Below, one piece after another: positions 38,520 through 51,890 of a stretch of 64,000 bases of DNA. Each line of letters begins with the position of its first letter. Positions within the stretch are counted from its first letter, which is position 1. The position numbers were made by a program, and so were the translations under genes. The notes beneath the pieces are model-generated. The model was not told the origin of the DNA. It saw only the letters and a program-made list of their open reading frames with translations, and did no database searches. The DNA is from Carcharhinus longimanus (Eukaryota), in assembly GCA_030264375.1 (NCBI GenBank), contig JASCQW010000119.1:43419116-43483115 (forward strand), in the 5' to 3' direction.

Positions 38520-41110
38520 TATGTCATAAAATGATTCAATACAGGAAGTCATTCATTCAGTTGTGCCTACACCAACCATGAAGTTATCCAATTAACTCCA
38601 CCCCTTAGTGCTGTACTTTAAGTATTTATCCAGTTCTGTTTTGAATGTTACCTCTGAATCTGCACACACCTTTCAGGTTGTACATTCCAGATAACTCGCT
38701 GTGCAAAAAACGTTTCCTCATATCACTGCTAGTTCTTATGCCAATCATAAATGCGTCCCCTCTGGCCACTGACTCTTGACACTCGAAACAGTTTCTCCTT
38801 ATTTTTGCTATCAAAGCCATTCGTGATTCTGAATATCTGTTACCTTAACTTGTTTGAAGAGATAAATTCCAGCCTCAAGTCTCTCTGCCAACTGCATTTC
38901 TTCAATTTCTTCCACACCTTCAAGATTTCAACATCATTCCAAAATGTGTGGTGTCAGAACTGATTGCAACACTCTTGCCACTTTAACTAGTGTTTTATTT
39001 AACTTTAATATAACTTCCTTGTTTTCACTCTCTACCCCTGCTATTAAAAATCAACTAATTATATATGCTTTAATTGCCTTTTCAACTTATCCTGTCACCT
39101 TCAAGGATGCGGGTACATGTATCCCCCAGGCCTCCCTGTTCCTGCATCCTTTGTATAATTGCACCATTTAGTACACATTGGATCTCCTCATTTTTCCTGC
39201 CAAAACTTCAGTCTTGTTAAAATTTCAACTGTCACATTTCATCATTATGACTGAGATTCTACCCACCCCTCACCCCTCCTCAAATGCAGTGAGCAGTTAG
39301 CAGAGTTTTTTGGTTCCATCAAAATCTGTGGTCTTTTGCATTGGCTCACCGACCCAAATGTGGGTTTACTATCAAATAAACTGGTTGGACTTTAACCTGG
39401 TGTTGTGAGACTTTTTACTGTGTTCACACACCCAAGTGCCAGGGAACCTGCTGTGGGGGAGATGAGGTTGATTTTGGTGGGACCCGAAGATGCTGCCAGC
39501 AGGAAGGGCTGGAAAATCTCGTCCTATTTCCTTCTGAGGTCTGTTACTATCTTCCCCATTTGTTATTAGCCAAGGGTCATTATCATGCATCAAGTGCTGC
39601 AATGGTCGGAATAGCAACTCCTGAGGTACACCACTGTCTACTCCACTCCAGTCTCAAAAACAGCAATTCATCATTTTATCCCATAGTTAAAATCCGATTT
39701 TATTTAAAATCTGCACTGTCAATGTTCCCTTAAATCCCACAGTTCAAATTTACTAAAACTTTATGTGGTATATTGTCAAATGCCTTTTGGAAGTCCATCA
39801 ATACAATCAATCTTGTTGCTTCATTAAAGAACTTTCAAGTTCGTCAAAGACAAGCCACTTTAACACCTTACATTTACTAGCCCCTATGTTTCAAAATTCT
39901 AATTCATGCAGATTAATGCGTTTTAGCATTGCCTCATTAACTTTTAGTTGACTCATTCAATCCTTCCCCTCTTAAAAAGGGTAACATTTGCAAACTTCCA
40001 GTCCTCAGACACCACCCCAATAAACAAAGCAGCCTTCTCAACCATTACTTCATTCAGTAAACTAGGATACATTCTATCTGAACCAATTGAGTTTTCTACT
40101 TTGAAGGCTGACAACATTGAGTATCTCCTCTTCACCCTATCCTATGTCACCATTGCCATCTCCTTTACAGCTATATTGGAAGCATACTTGTCTCAATCAC
40201 AGCCATCCATAATTTGTTTAGTCGAACAAAAGCAAAATACTTTGGATGCTTGAGATCTGAAAACAGAAAGTACTGGACACACACTGGCAGATCCGTGGAG
40301 ACACAGAATTAATGTCTTGAGTCCAATATGACTGCTTCAGACCTATAGTGGTGTAGAAGAGATGTTGCCAGACCCGAGTATTTTTCAGCACTTTCTGTGC
40401 TTATGTAGTATTTCAGCCATGCCCTATATTGCCACAAAATGATCTTTTTGTTCTCTAATTGGTACTACACTTTTGACTACCCTTTCACCAGTTACACGAG
40501 TTACCTTTTTCCAAGTTAACTGCTATTTCTCATCTGATTTCTGCCCTGCATTCGTTTTTTAGATCTCCTCCGTACTTTTGTGCAGTTTGGTTTTCAACTG
40601 CATTGACTACTTTACAACTGTCATGAAGACCCCTTCTTTTGTCAAATTTTAAATGTTACCGCCGGAATTCTACCACCCCGCCCACCACAGGAATCAGAGA
40701 GGGTGAGGGACAGACAACGGGAAGGTCCATTGACCTCAGGTGGGATTTTCCAGTCTCGGGTCAAGCAAGGCTGTAAAATCCTGCCCTGTATCTTTATCTG
40801 GGAATCCCAAGTTTGGATGCCCTTCCTCTCCCACTCATGGAAATATGTCTACTCTACCCAAACCATCGGCTCTTTGAAAGGTTTCCATTGTTCACTGATT
40901 GTTTTGGGTACCAATTTTTGACTCCAACTGAGCGGAGCCAGATCACTTTGCGAGTCCTGAAATTGGTCCTCCTCCATAATCATTCCAAGCCCAATAACAT
41001 TATGATCACTGTTCCCCAAATGTTCTCCGAATTAAACATGTTGCATTTGTCCCATTTCATTCCCCTGAACTCAATCCCACACTTCTTCCTTTCTTGTTAG
41101 GCTGGAAACA
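38520..41110 (-). mobile_element. Fragmented antisense CR1 LINE with nested MITE-like and PLE-derived inserts
   Basis: Minus-strand fragments EDWKFANVTLFKRG, GSD.MYP.LL and agtggtgtacctcaggag; inserts at ~39250-39523, 40225-40410 and 40660-40786. Confidence 0.65.
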
Positions 41111-41389
41111 CACCGATAAAGAAAGTTCTTCCAACTTTGGTACACATCTCTATTTGCTAAGGAGGCCTTTGCAGAGTTAACAGGATTGGGTTTGCCATTG
41201 TCACTTCTGGTGCCTAGGTTTTTGCTGGGTGGTCCATCATTCTGGAAACACTAGCACACGCTTCTGGACTTCCTTTGCAAAGCAACTCCCTCCTGACTAT
41301 ATACCTCTGTGCTGCCACCTCTGCTGGATCCATCCTGCTGCTGAGAAAAGGAGATACCTATGATGCTGACTGGCAGACACTGTCAGTCA

Positions 41390-42880
41390 GTATGCAGCCA
41401 ATTCAATTCACTCCACATTATATCAACAAATCGTTGAAGGCATCGGATATTTCAGAGACAATGGGCTCTGACAATATTCGTATTGAAGACTTATGCTTCA
41501 GAACTTGCCGCGTCCCTAGTCAAGCTGTTCCACTATAACTGCGACATTAACCAGCAATGGAGAAAATTATCTAGGTATGTGCTGTACATAATAAGACAAA
41601 TCCATGCTGGCCAATTACCACCCCTTTAGTCTATCTCAATTCTCAATAAAGTGACAGAAGAGGTCATTAACAGCACTTACATAGTAATAATCTGCTCACT
41701 GACATTCAGTTTGGGTTCTGCCAAGGTCACTTATCCGTTAACTACGTAACAACCTTGGTTCAAACATGGACAGAAGAGCTGAATCACAGAGGTGAGGAGA
41801 GAGTTCTTGCTCTTGATATTCAGGCTGCATTTGAGCAAATGTGGCATCAAGCAGCCATAACAATAGTGGAGTCAATGGGTCTGTCAAAAAGGAAGATGGT
41901 TCTGGTGCTTGGAGGTCAATCATTTCAATTCCTGGACACCACTCCAGGAGTTCCTCAGGTAGAGTTCATCTTTAGCTGCTTTAATCACCTTTCATCCATC
42001 ATGAAGGTCAAAAGTGGGGATGTTTGCTTGCACAATGCTCAGCACCATGTGCAACTCCTCAGATACAAAAACAGTCCATGTCCAAATGCAGAAAAACCTG
42101 GACAATATCCAAGGTTGACAAGTGGCAAGTAACATTCTTACCACATAAGTACTAAGCAATGACCATCTCCAACAAGAGAGATCTAACCATTGCCTCTTGA
42201 CATTAAACAGCATTACCTATGCTGAATCCCCTACTACCATCATCTTGAGGGTTACCATTGACCAGAAACTGAACTGGACTAGCCATATAAATGCTGGATA
42301 CATGAATAGGTCAGAGGCTAGGAATCTTGTGTATCACTCACCACGTGACTCCGAAAAGTCTGTCCACCACCTACAAGGCACAACTCTGGAATGTGATGGA
42401 ATACACTCCACTTGCTTGGATGAGTGCAACTCCAACAACATTTGACACCACCCAGGACTACACAGCCTGTTTCACTGCCGCACCCTCCACAAACATTCAC
42501 TCTCTCCAAGAGAGATAGAGGAAGCAGTATGCACTATCTATCTATAAAACTCACTGCAGGAATTCAGAAGAGCACCTCAGATAGTACCTTCCAAACTCTC
42601 AACTTCTACCATTTAGAATGACAAGGGTAACAGACAAGAGAACACTGCCACCTGGAAGTCTTCCTCCAAGTCACTCACCATCTGACTTTGAAGTATTCAC
42701 TATCACTTCAGTATCGCTGGATTAAAATCCTGGAACTCCCTCCCTAATTGGAACTTTCACCACAAGTATTGCAGCAGTTCACAAAGGCATTGCGTCATCC
42801 CCTCTCAAGAGCAATTAGGGATAGGTAATAAATGCTGGACTAGCCGGTGACACACACATCATGTAAATGGATAAAAATTT
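41390..42880 (+). mobile_element. 5'-truncated CR1/L2-group LINE
   Basis: ANYHP.SL, RVLALDIQAAFEQMWH, TPGVPQ, TIDQKLNWTSHIN, YKAQ..NVMEYTPLAW; tail gcaattagggataggtaataaatgctggactagccggtgac. Confidence 0.85.
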
Positions 42881-45607
42881 AGGAAGGCTATTCCATTCTC
42901 AAGCCTCCTCCCGAATCTGATAGCATACCCACGAGGCAATCCACCAACCTTACAGACCAAGCTGCAGTATTTACGTACATGCACATCAAACGCATCATAG
43001 ACTGGTTTTTGTTTGTCTTTCATCTGAGCTCTCCTATTTTAGAATTGTTCACTCCAGTGCAATTTGCTTCACCTAGTCTTCTGTGCACCTTCTTTCCCTG
43101 CTTCTATTGTTTCATCCTGGTTTACACCTCCTTGCCCAAACAATATTGAACCCTCCCCCCACCATACTTTTTAGCCTTTTCACAAATAGCTGTCTCTCTA
43201 CATCAAACATAACAGAACACAAAACTCTTGCCTCAGATTTTTGTGGCATTGGACAAATTCTGAGGCCCATCCTCCTGATCTATTCCTGCTTCAAAGATCT
43301 GTATGTTAGTACGATGCATCCTTGTGAAAGATGAATCAAAAATGAAAAAAAACTTTTAACTCAACTAATTATCCTCAGATGTTAAATTCATTATAACTAT
43401 ATTGCTGATCTCTTGGCAATTTTTGAACAGGTTAAGAACGAAATTGAATAATTCTGTAAATGTTGACACTATTTCAAATTATAATTTTAATTACATTGTA
43501 TTTAATAATGTTTCAAATTATAAATGTTACCCACTCAGATGCTCAATTAATGCATATGCTCTATTGTTTAAAAACATTTAAGGTTTTCTGTAGGAACTTA
43601 CAGTACTGTGCCAAATTTTTTTTTTTAAAAATGGTGGTATTGCAATAATATTCCTTTAGATGCCAAGTTAAACTGCCTTGCCAAGGCCCTTTAAAAGCCA
43701 GAAAGCTAATATGGATCATAGAATATGCGAGAGATTGTTTTTACATAATTGATTCTATACAAATTTTAGAAAAGCTCTCGATTCCTTCTCTGGAAGGTAT
43801 CAACATGTTTTGCTACTAAAACTGTTTGAAGTTGGAGCTGGGCAGAAAGGTGAAAAAATAAAAAAGTGAAATTGTGCTGAAGCTAAAGGAGGGCCCTTGC
43901 ACATTACCAGGGACCATCTGTTTGATTATGACAACTTCACAGCAAAAAACGTTCCAAGAACAGCTTTTACCACAACAGTCCGAAAAGCACTGCAACAGAC
44001 AGCAATCTAATATAGATTTGAAAGTAACCCTTCATTAGCCAAGATAATATGCATTCTAACCAACTCACTCACTCAGGACTGATAAATATTTAGACATTAG
44101 CCAACTGAAAAATGACCACCTCTGTAACAATAACTACAGCAAGCTTTTATTCCATGGATTGCCACACCAGGTATACTATACTTTCCTTAACAGCTTGGTT
44201 TATTTGGAAGCATGCTTTTGAGTTTACAATGATAGAGGATCATACTCCGGTGAAACATGACAAACAGGCAGGACTGGTAAATTCCACCCAGTGTCTTGAT
44301 TTATAAAATTCTCAAAAGTAACTAACTTGTAACAATATAGATTAATACTCATTTAGTTTAAACAAATATACCATAAAAAAATAAAAACAGTCCCACAGAT
44401 GCAATATCCAGCTATAAAAGATATATTTTGATGAAATTATAATTGCATAAGTACAAAGAAAACAGTTACTTCATAAAAACTTTTTTTTAAACATTTTGCT
44501 GAAAATTAATGAAGTTGATACTAGATAGTAGGCCAGTGTCTATTTCAGACATTCACCATCAACATGAAATGTTGTATGAAGCTTTATCTATTCAGCAATA
44601 TTGTGAATTAATTTGAAATTCACTACTTCAGTGGTGTAACATATTTCCCTTCCACATCCAGGCATCTCATGGTTGCCTACATTAAAGCAGTGACTACACT
44701 TCAAATATATTTACCATATCAACTATGAAGTGCTCTGAGGTTATAAAAGCTGTTTTTTAAAGGACAGTATGCATTAGCTTGAAATCAGGAGAAGCTTTGT
44801 ACTTAAGTCCATTGGGAATATGATAGACTTATCAAACGCATCATATAGAGGCCTATAAAAATGCTTAACCTCTGCTATATGTAGACTAATTTCTTCTTTG
44901 AATGATTTAAAAGATACATGTTCTTAACAGATAAAGTTACTATTTTTCACGTAACTCATGACTCACCAACATCAGCCATGAAATTTAAGAGTTACTATAA
45001 ATGAAATTAATGAACTAATCAAGTCTCAACATCCAATCACATTAACCTTTGTAGGACTCGATGGCCAAGTTCAAATTAAATAGATTTCCAAAACATCAGC
45101 AAAAATAATTCTGTAAACTCTTTGAAACTGAAAAGGTACGTTAAGCAAGTAATCTGAAGTGTTTGGACACGGGTATTCCACTTCTGGGACAAGGTTGCAA
45201 ATGCAGTACACTACCATAAAAACGTAAAGAGATCAATGACTAGTTAAAATATTTTAGATGGCCACATTTCTTGAACCAATGCCAAGCCACTGAACTCACT
45301 GTTCACTTTCAAAAAGTACTGAGAGATAAAGTCGTGATTCATTTGTTTTTGCTTATGTTGTTGTGAACTGCCTTAGGAAGATATTCAACATTAAATGTGC
45401 TATATCAATGAAAACTGGTGCAAGTTGGGAAAGTTTAGTTATCAGATTAGGAAAACTTCCTGCTTCACAATCATGGGCTTGGTTTAATGTCTCATGACAA
45501 TTTTGTACTCCCTCAGTATAGAGAAGCTACTGGCCCATTTTTGCAATATCAACCAAATTATACACATATTGTGTGCGATTTTTGGTGGTTCCGGGTGGGT
45601 TGAAAGC

Positions 45608-45865
45608 AGAATGCAGTTAGCACATATTTAGAATACTTGCACCTGTTAACTGGATCATCTACATTCCCACCTCTACAAGCCTTTTGCTCAATCACTTCAA
45701 TCTTTGTAACCTTGCATACAACTGTATAAATTGCACTCTTTGCAATTCTAATGTAAATAGAATGCTATTGAACTGAAAATACACTAAAATACAACTATAG
45801 AGGTGGGAATGTAGATGATTCAGTTAACAGGTGCAAGTATTCTGAATATGTGCTAACTGCATTCT
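45608..45865. repeat. 68-bp inverted repeat (45608-45675 / 45798-45865) with a 122-bp spacer
   Basis: The arms are reverse complements at 66 of 68 positions. Confidence 0.95.
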
Positions 45866-46399
45866 AAGAAAAAGCTTGACAAAGATTTATTATTTTGCTA
45901 TCAATATTACTCATACTAATCTCAATATGGTGAATGGTGTATTTTTCACAACACAATGTCCAATTATTTACTCAGCGACTGCAAGACAACTTCATCATCA
46001 GCAATATACAGGGGAGCTAAAATTCAAGTTATTTATTTGAAAATAATCTCAAAATCCTAACAGACTGTTTTTTTCAAAACCTGACTTCACAAAAATGGAT
46101 GGCAGCAGGTTAGACATTAGCCTTGCAACTTTGAACTCAAATTTTTCCCAGGTTGATGAAATGTAACTGTTACCTATGTTACATCGCAAAAGGCTTTTGC
46201 AATACAAGGACCTGTTACATCATTAATGCAAGATTGCATTCTTAATCTCAATGAAATTTTGAGCAGGCATGGGTTGACAGCACAAAATGATCAAAATCCT
46301 TAGTTGCACTCATGTTAAAAATAAAAAAAAACTGGACCCATGGAATAAGTGCCACATTGATATTACACAACATCAAACGGTTCTTATTTAGGGTACAGA

Positions 46400-46768
46400 A
46401 GCATATGTTATGTCATAGGACTTGTAATCCAGAGGCAGGAATCAATTATCTTGAGGACAAGAGATTAAATTCCGTCAATGTAAATTCTCTAAATTAAAAT
46501 TTTGGAAACCAATAACCACAAAAGTACCAGATTGTTGTAAAAATCCACTTGCTTTACAAATGCTTTATAGAGAGGAAATCTACCATTTTTACCTGGTCTG
46601 ACCTACATGACTTCAGATCTACAGCAATGTCCTTTATTTATAACTGTCTTCTGAAATGGCCTAATAAGCCATTTTATATTCAAGAAGGCAGCTCATCACC
46701 ACCTCCTCAAAGGCAAATAAATGTTGGCCTTGCCAGTGATGCCAACATCCATTGCAATGAATAAAAAT
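46400..46768 (+). mobile_element. tRNA-headed head+tail SINE (same family as 18045 and 53860)
   Basis: ggacttgtaatccagaggc..gattgttgtaaaaatccac..ggaaatctaccatttttacctggtctgacctacatgacttcag..aataaatgttggccttgccagtgatgccaacatcc. Confidence 0.7.
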
Positions 46769-47199
46769 TGTTTTTGTGCAATATATAAAAACAAAGTACA
46801 CAGCAAATAAATGTGCATTAAAAATCTTGAAGATAAACATTTCTTCAAGACTGAGTATGAACAAGCCTAATTATTCTTAAAGTTTGGTATTTAGGAATTA
46901 TATAAATTAAAGTCATTGATTCTTTTTTGTAAAGGAAGTGGGGGAATTTCAGAAATGTTTGAAAACAAACAATATTGCGAATGGCTTCACAAAAAAGGAT
47001 GCTGTTAATTGAACAGGAAAGGTGAATGGAAAAAGTGAGGCAGTATTTTAAAAATTGGAAGCATTACAAATAGATAGGTTACCTAGTCTAGATGGGAGGC
47101 ATGAAAGGTGGAAATAGCAGAGACCTTGCCCACAACCGTATGAACTCCCTTGGCTATGGCAATGATGCCAGGGTGGAGAGTTGCAGATATGATGTCGCT

Positions 47200-48675
47200 G
47201 TTCAAAAATGGGAGGGGGTGGGGGAGGAGTGGATAATCCCAGTGACTATAGGGTACTCAATAACAATGCTGGAGGTGGACAAACTTCATCATCATATTAT
47301 CCAGGGCAAAATTAATTTACATTTGGTAGAACTTGGAATGGAGCAGCATGGTGACACAGCAGGTAGCACTACTGCCTCAAAGCATCAGGGACCTTAGTTC
47401 AATTCCTGGATTAGGTCACTGTCTGAATGGAGTCTGTACATTCTCCCCATGTCGGCATGGGTTTCCCCCACAGTCTAAAAGATGTGCTGGTTAGGAGCAT
47501 TGGCCACGCTAAATTCTCCACCAGCATACCTGAACAGGCACTGGAATATGGCAACTAGGGGATTTTCACAGTAACTTCATTGTAGTGTTAATGTAAGCCC
47601 ACTTGTGACACTAATAAATAAACTTAAAACAATGTGGCTTTGTTAAAGGCAAACCATAGCTAACAAATCTGATCTGAATTATTTGATGAAACAGACAGGG
47701 TTAAAGGTGATAATGAAAGTGATATGTACACAATTTTCAAAAGACCATTGACATGTGCCACATGATACACTTAATAACAAAAATCAAAGTCCATGGGATT
47801 AAAAGCACCCTTGCAGTTTTGGATATACAATAATGACCTAAACTTGGGGATAGGAAGCAGAATTTCAAAAATTGGAGAGGACACAAAAACTTGGAAATTC
47901 AATAAACAGTGGCACAATAGCAAATTACTTCAGGAGGACATGGATTGGTGAGGTGGACAGACAGGCAGCAGACAAAATTTAATACAAGTGTGAACTGATA
48001 CATTTTAAAGGAAAGAATCAGAAACAAAAATAGTAAATGGTATAATTTTAGAGAGGGTGCAAAAACCTGCAGGCCCACGTGCATAAATTTTTGATGGTGG
48101 CAGGAGATGACAATAAGGATGATTTAAAAAAAAAACAAATCAGTTGGGCTTTTATAAATCGAACACAATACAAAACCAAGGAAGTTATGCTAAACTTTTT
48201 ATATTACTGGCTGGTTCAACCTCAGCGAGAATACTGTGTCCAGTTCTGGGCATGACACTTCAAGAAGAATGTCAGAGAAGGCTTACTATAATGGTACAAC
48301 AACAAAACACTTCAGTTATGTGTGGAGATTAAAGAAGCTGGGAATATTCTCTTTAGAGTAAGAATGTTAAAGGGAGATTTAACTGAAGCATTCCAAATTT
48401 AGGGTTTTAATAAACAAAACAGGAATAAACTACTTCCTCCTACAGAGTGTCAGTAACTTGTGCTCAGATTCAAGGAAATTCGCAATGGACAAAGGAAGAT
48501 TTTAAAATTGTTGTGATATGGAATGTACAAATCTGAAAAGGTTCCAACCATATTTTCTGGATATGTACTTGGAAAGGAAAAGCGGAGGGGGCTATGGCAG
48601 AAGTGCATCAGACTCAGACTAAGAATTGACATAGGTACAATGGACCAAATGGCCTTCTGCTGTGCTTTATGACTT
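47200..48675 (+). mobile_element. Decayed CR1 LINE with nested V-SINE (47345-47625)
   Basis: CR1 motifs gtgactatagggtactc, tggctttgttaaaggcaaa, gacacaaaaacttgg, tactgtgtccagttctgg and tail ggaccaaatggccttctgctgtgc; SINE head, V-domain and second-type tail at 47345-47625. Confidence 0.75.
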
Positions 48676-50193
48676 GATAATAATTGAAATTAGATTCTCC
48701 ACTTGCTATATATTAATCTTGGAAAATAATGAGAATTCTGTATGTTTACAGCCTCACCACAGACATAATATCACAAACCAATGATACAATATATAAATGA
48801 AAATCTATTTACTGTTGGTTGATCACATTTGGCATTTCTACCATGACTTCAAGTTTGGAATAAGCTCTAGTCTTTACAAAAGGAACTGTTGCTCACATTC
48901 AAGCAGAATTTTATACAATTGAAATGCAATTAAGATATCTGCTGATCTGGACCAAAAAAATTGGGAATTGCTAGTAACAAGGCTTCTTTATATACACATA
49001 TCTTTTTCTTTACTGTTAAGTTGTACCGAAAACATAGAATTATTAACGCTTTACCTAAAAGTAGCCACCCAATTCCTCTCATCACATGAGGGGGAGTGTG
49101 GACATATTTTGCTACCCTCAATCTATGTGCATCATGCATGTGTCATCTTGATTCTGCACTAGACACTAAAATGACAGCATTAGATTTAAACGTTCATAAA
49201 AGATCATTGAATACATGAAAAGATTCTTGAATACGTAAAAGGATCCTCGAATACGATGCATATCTTAAAATTACAAGTTTTGTTTCACGGAGCCTCGGCA
49301 CTGCATTTCGTAAAACAGTAAAGGATAAGCGAAATAAGATGATTAACGACCCTAACTCCTGCCACCCACCACTCCCCCCGCGGACTGGGACGAGCAATCC
49401 AAGTCGATGTGCAACCATTTGCAGGAATCGGGGAAAAAAAAGGGGACGGGGTGTGGGGGGAGGGGTAGGGAAGAGAACCTCATTCATCATTGACGCATTT
49501 TTTTGTTCAGAAAGGCGATGAGAATTTCCCCCTCCAACAGTGGGAAAATAATAAATAAACCAAGGCAGACGACCGATCTGCCATGGCCAACAGTAACCTA
49601 ATTAAACCCGGCACTGCTCTGAAGCCCGTGTTGTGTGTGCGCTGCGTGGTGAGAGAAAACCCTGCAATGCTGCTGTTGCGTTTGATCCCAAGCCTGGAAA
49701 AGCTGCTGGTTGGAAAGCGTGAGACACTGATGCCATTTACCCCTCCCGACTAAAACCGACCACCTCAATGTTTAGACCATCGCTCCCAGATTTCAATCAG
49801 CCTTTTAACAAAAAAAAGGGGGNNNNNNNNNNNNNNNNNNNNNNNNNNNNNNNNNNNNNNNNNNNNNNNNNNNNNNNNNNNNNNNNNNNNNNNNNNNNNN
49901 NNNNNNNNNNNNNNNNNNNNNNAAGGGGGGCGTGGGGGGGGGGGGGAGGAAATAGGCAGTGATTAAAAGAAAAGATTTTTTTTTAAAAAATGGCCCAACT
50001 AAATCCTCTCCAAATCCACTGAGCGGCATAGATTTATAGCGCTGTCTGCGGCAGCAGATTAAACCGAACGCCATCATTGCAATGGCTTGGGATCGCCGAC
50101 AACAAGCGAGCAGCTAAAATATAAAAAAAACAAACACCGACACAAAGATAGCAGGGGACAAGGCAGGACGAAACTGACCAGATTTATTTTTAC

Positions 50194-50450
50194 CTTTGAG
50201 TCTATATATTTTTTTCTCTCTCTCGGTGGTGGTGGCAAGTCGGCTTTTCCCTCAGGCTCTCAACACATGAACCATAGCAAGAGATTTCCGTCAGCGCTTC
50301 ACCTTTTGCACAGCGTCAGAGGCGGCAGCGACTCCTCATTTCCTTTCCACTCCCCTCCCCCACTTCCACTTCGACCCCGCCCCTCGCGCTCCATTCAGTC
50401 CCCACCCCCGCTCTCGCGCTGCTTTCTGAGAGCCCGAAGGACGACCGTTA
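50194..50450 (-). other. DNAJC5: Candidate non-coding first exon of DNAJC5
   Basis: Left edge of the CpG island. Candidate minus-strand donors: AAG|gtaaaa (exon end 50194) or AAG|gtgaag (exon end 50303). Vertebrate DNAJC5 has a non-coding exon 1 and a long intron 1. Exact limits are unknown. Confidence 0.45.
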
Positions 50451-51300
50451 AGCGGCGCGTGCGCATCAATCCTCCCAAAGCGACAGGAGGGTTACGGGGC
50501 GGCAGGGGGCGAGGAAATCAGCGTGTTCCTCCCCTCACCCCCCGTGGGCGAACGCGGCCTGTGATTGGTGAATATCGCTGCCTATCATCTGATTGACAGA
50601 GGTGTCCGCCTATGAAGGGTCCGCATTCACCCAGGAGGTGGAACGGCCTCCTGACGATTGGTGGGCAATCGTCTGCCGTCAGATAACTGACGGCTGTGTT
50701 CACCAATCCGCATGCCACTTTTGCCCGAAGCCCTCCCCCCCCCCGCCTTCGCCATTCAGCCAACCTATCGGCAGCCCCGTGGAGGCAAGTTCGGTTGAGC
50801 CGGGCAGGCAGGCAGCGTGCAACCTAAGTTGTTCATCCAACGATCGCGAGCTTTCCTCCTTCTTGCGGCTGCAAACAAAATCTTCCCCACAGTTGAGGTA
50901 GGTCCGCCAGTTTAAAATTCAGCTTCTGTTCCCCTTTCCCCTCCCCAAATGGCCTATTGTTTCGAGCTCGTCGTGTGCAAACGAAAGTCGGCGAAGTCTT
51001 TAAACGCATCCGTGATTTTCGTATCTGTCGGCGCCGTTGTTTATGTGGGGCAAGTTGTATTTTTTTTTTNNNNNNNNNNNNNNNNNNNNNNNNNNNNNNN
51101 NNNNNNNNNNNNNNNNNNNNNNNNNNNNNNNNNNNNNNNNNNNNNNNNNNNNNNNNNNNNNNNNNNNNNCCCCTGCACCGTAGGCCTCGGCGACGCAGTG
51201 ACTTCTCCAGCACCCCCTCCAGAGTCAAGAGTAGCACACCCCTTTCCATTGCTCGAACAAACTTGATTGGAACACCAGCTTTGCTTTACCCCGCAGTTTG
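50200..51300. promoter_or_regulatory. CpG island / bidirectional promoter shared by DNAJC5 and GID8
   Basis: The only CpG-dense region of the window. CCAAT boxes: ATTGG 50564-50568 and 50657-50661, CCAAT 50703-50707. GC boxes at ~50375, 50496-50502 and ~50741; NRF1-like GCGCGTGCGCA 50455-50465; TCGCGA core at ~50844. Lies between the divergent genes. Confidence 0.85.
50770..50897 (+). other. GID8: Candidate non-coding first exon of GID8
   Basis: ATG-free stretch downstream of the CCAAT box, ending at a strong donor GAG|gtaggt (50897/50898). Start position is approximate. Confidence 0.6.
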
Positions 51301-51564
51301 TTTCAAAACTTCTTCATAACGCAGGCTTCGGGGTCCTGAAGAAATAAATCCACAGTTTTGGAGATTAAAATCTAAACGTGCTACAGACGAGTTTCTTTCA
51401 ATGCGCGTTAAGTAAATCCCAAGACCTGGTTTGACTTGTTGAAAGAAGAATACAAACAGTTGACCTCCCGCCCCACAGTTAAGACATTTATTATTATTCG
51501 TAAATGTAAAGCAGAATTTCAACCTTCTGGTATTCACCAGTTTCTCTCATTCCTTGTATTTTGT

Positions 51565-51890
51565 GGAACATAGAAAATAGGTGCAGGAGTAGGCCATTCG
51601 TCCCTTCGAGCCTGCCACACTATTCAGTATGATCATGGTTGATTATGCACTTTCAGTATTCCACTCTCGCTTTCTCTCCTTGATGACTTCAGCCACAAGA
51701 GTCATGTCCAGCTCGCTCTGGAAAATATTTAACAAACTGACCTGAACTGTTTTTTATGGCACAGGATTCCACAAGTTCACAATTCTTCCTCATCTCAATC
51801 CTGAGTTGCTTATCCCTTATTTTAGACTGCGACCCCTACTTCTGGACTTCCCAAACATCATGAACATTCTTACCACGTCTAGCCTGTTAT
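51565..51890 (-). mobile_element. CR1 3' end, antisense
   Basis: aacatagaaaataggtgcaggagtaggccattcgtcccttcgagcctgc is the reverse complement of a CR1 tail. Confidence 0.85.

Noticed and set aside
50087-50901. 169-aa, 81-aa and 102-aa ORFs over the CpG island
   Set aside because: Low-complexity Pro/Arg/Gly-rich frames expected from stop-poor GC-rich promoter DNA; no homology recognised.
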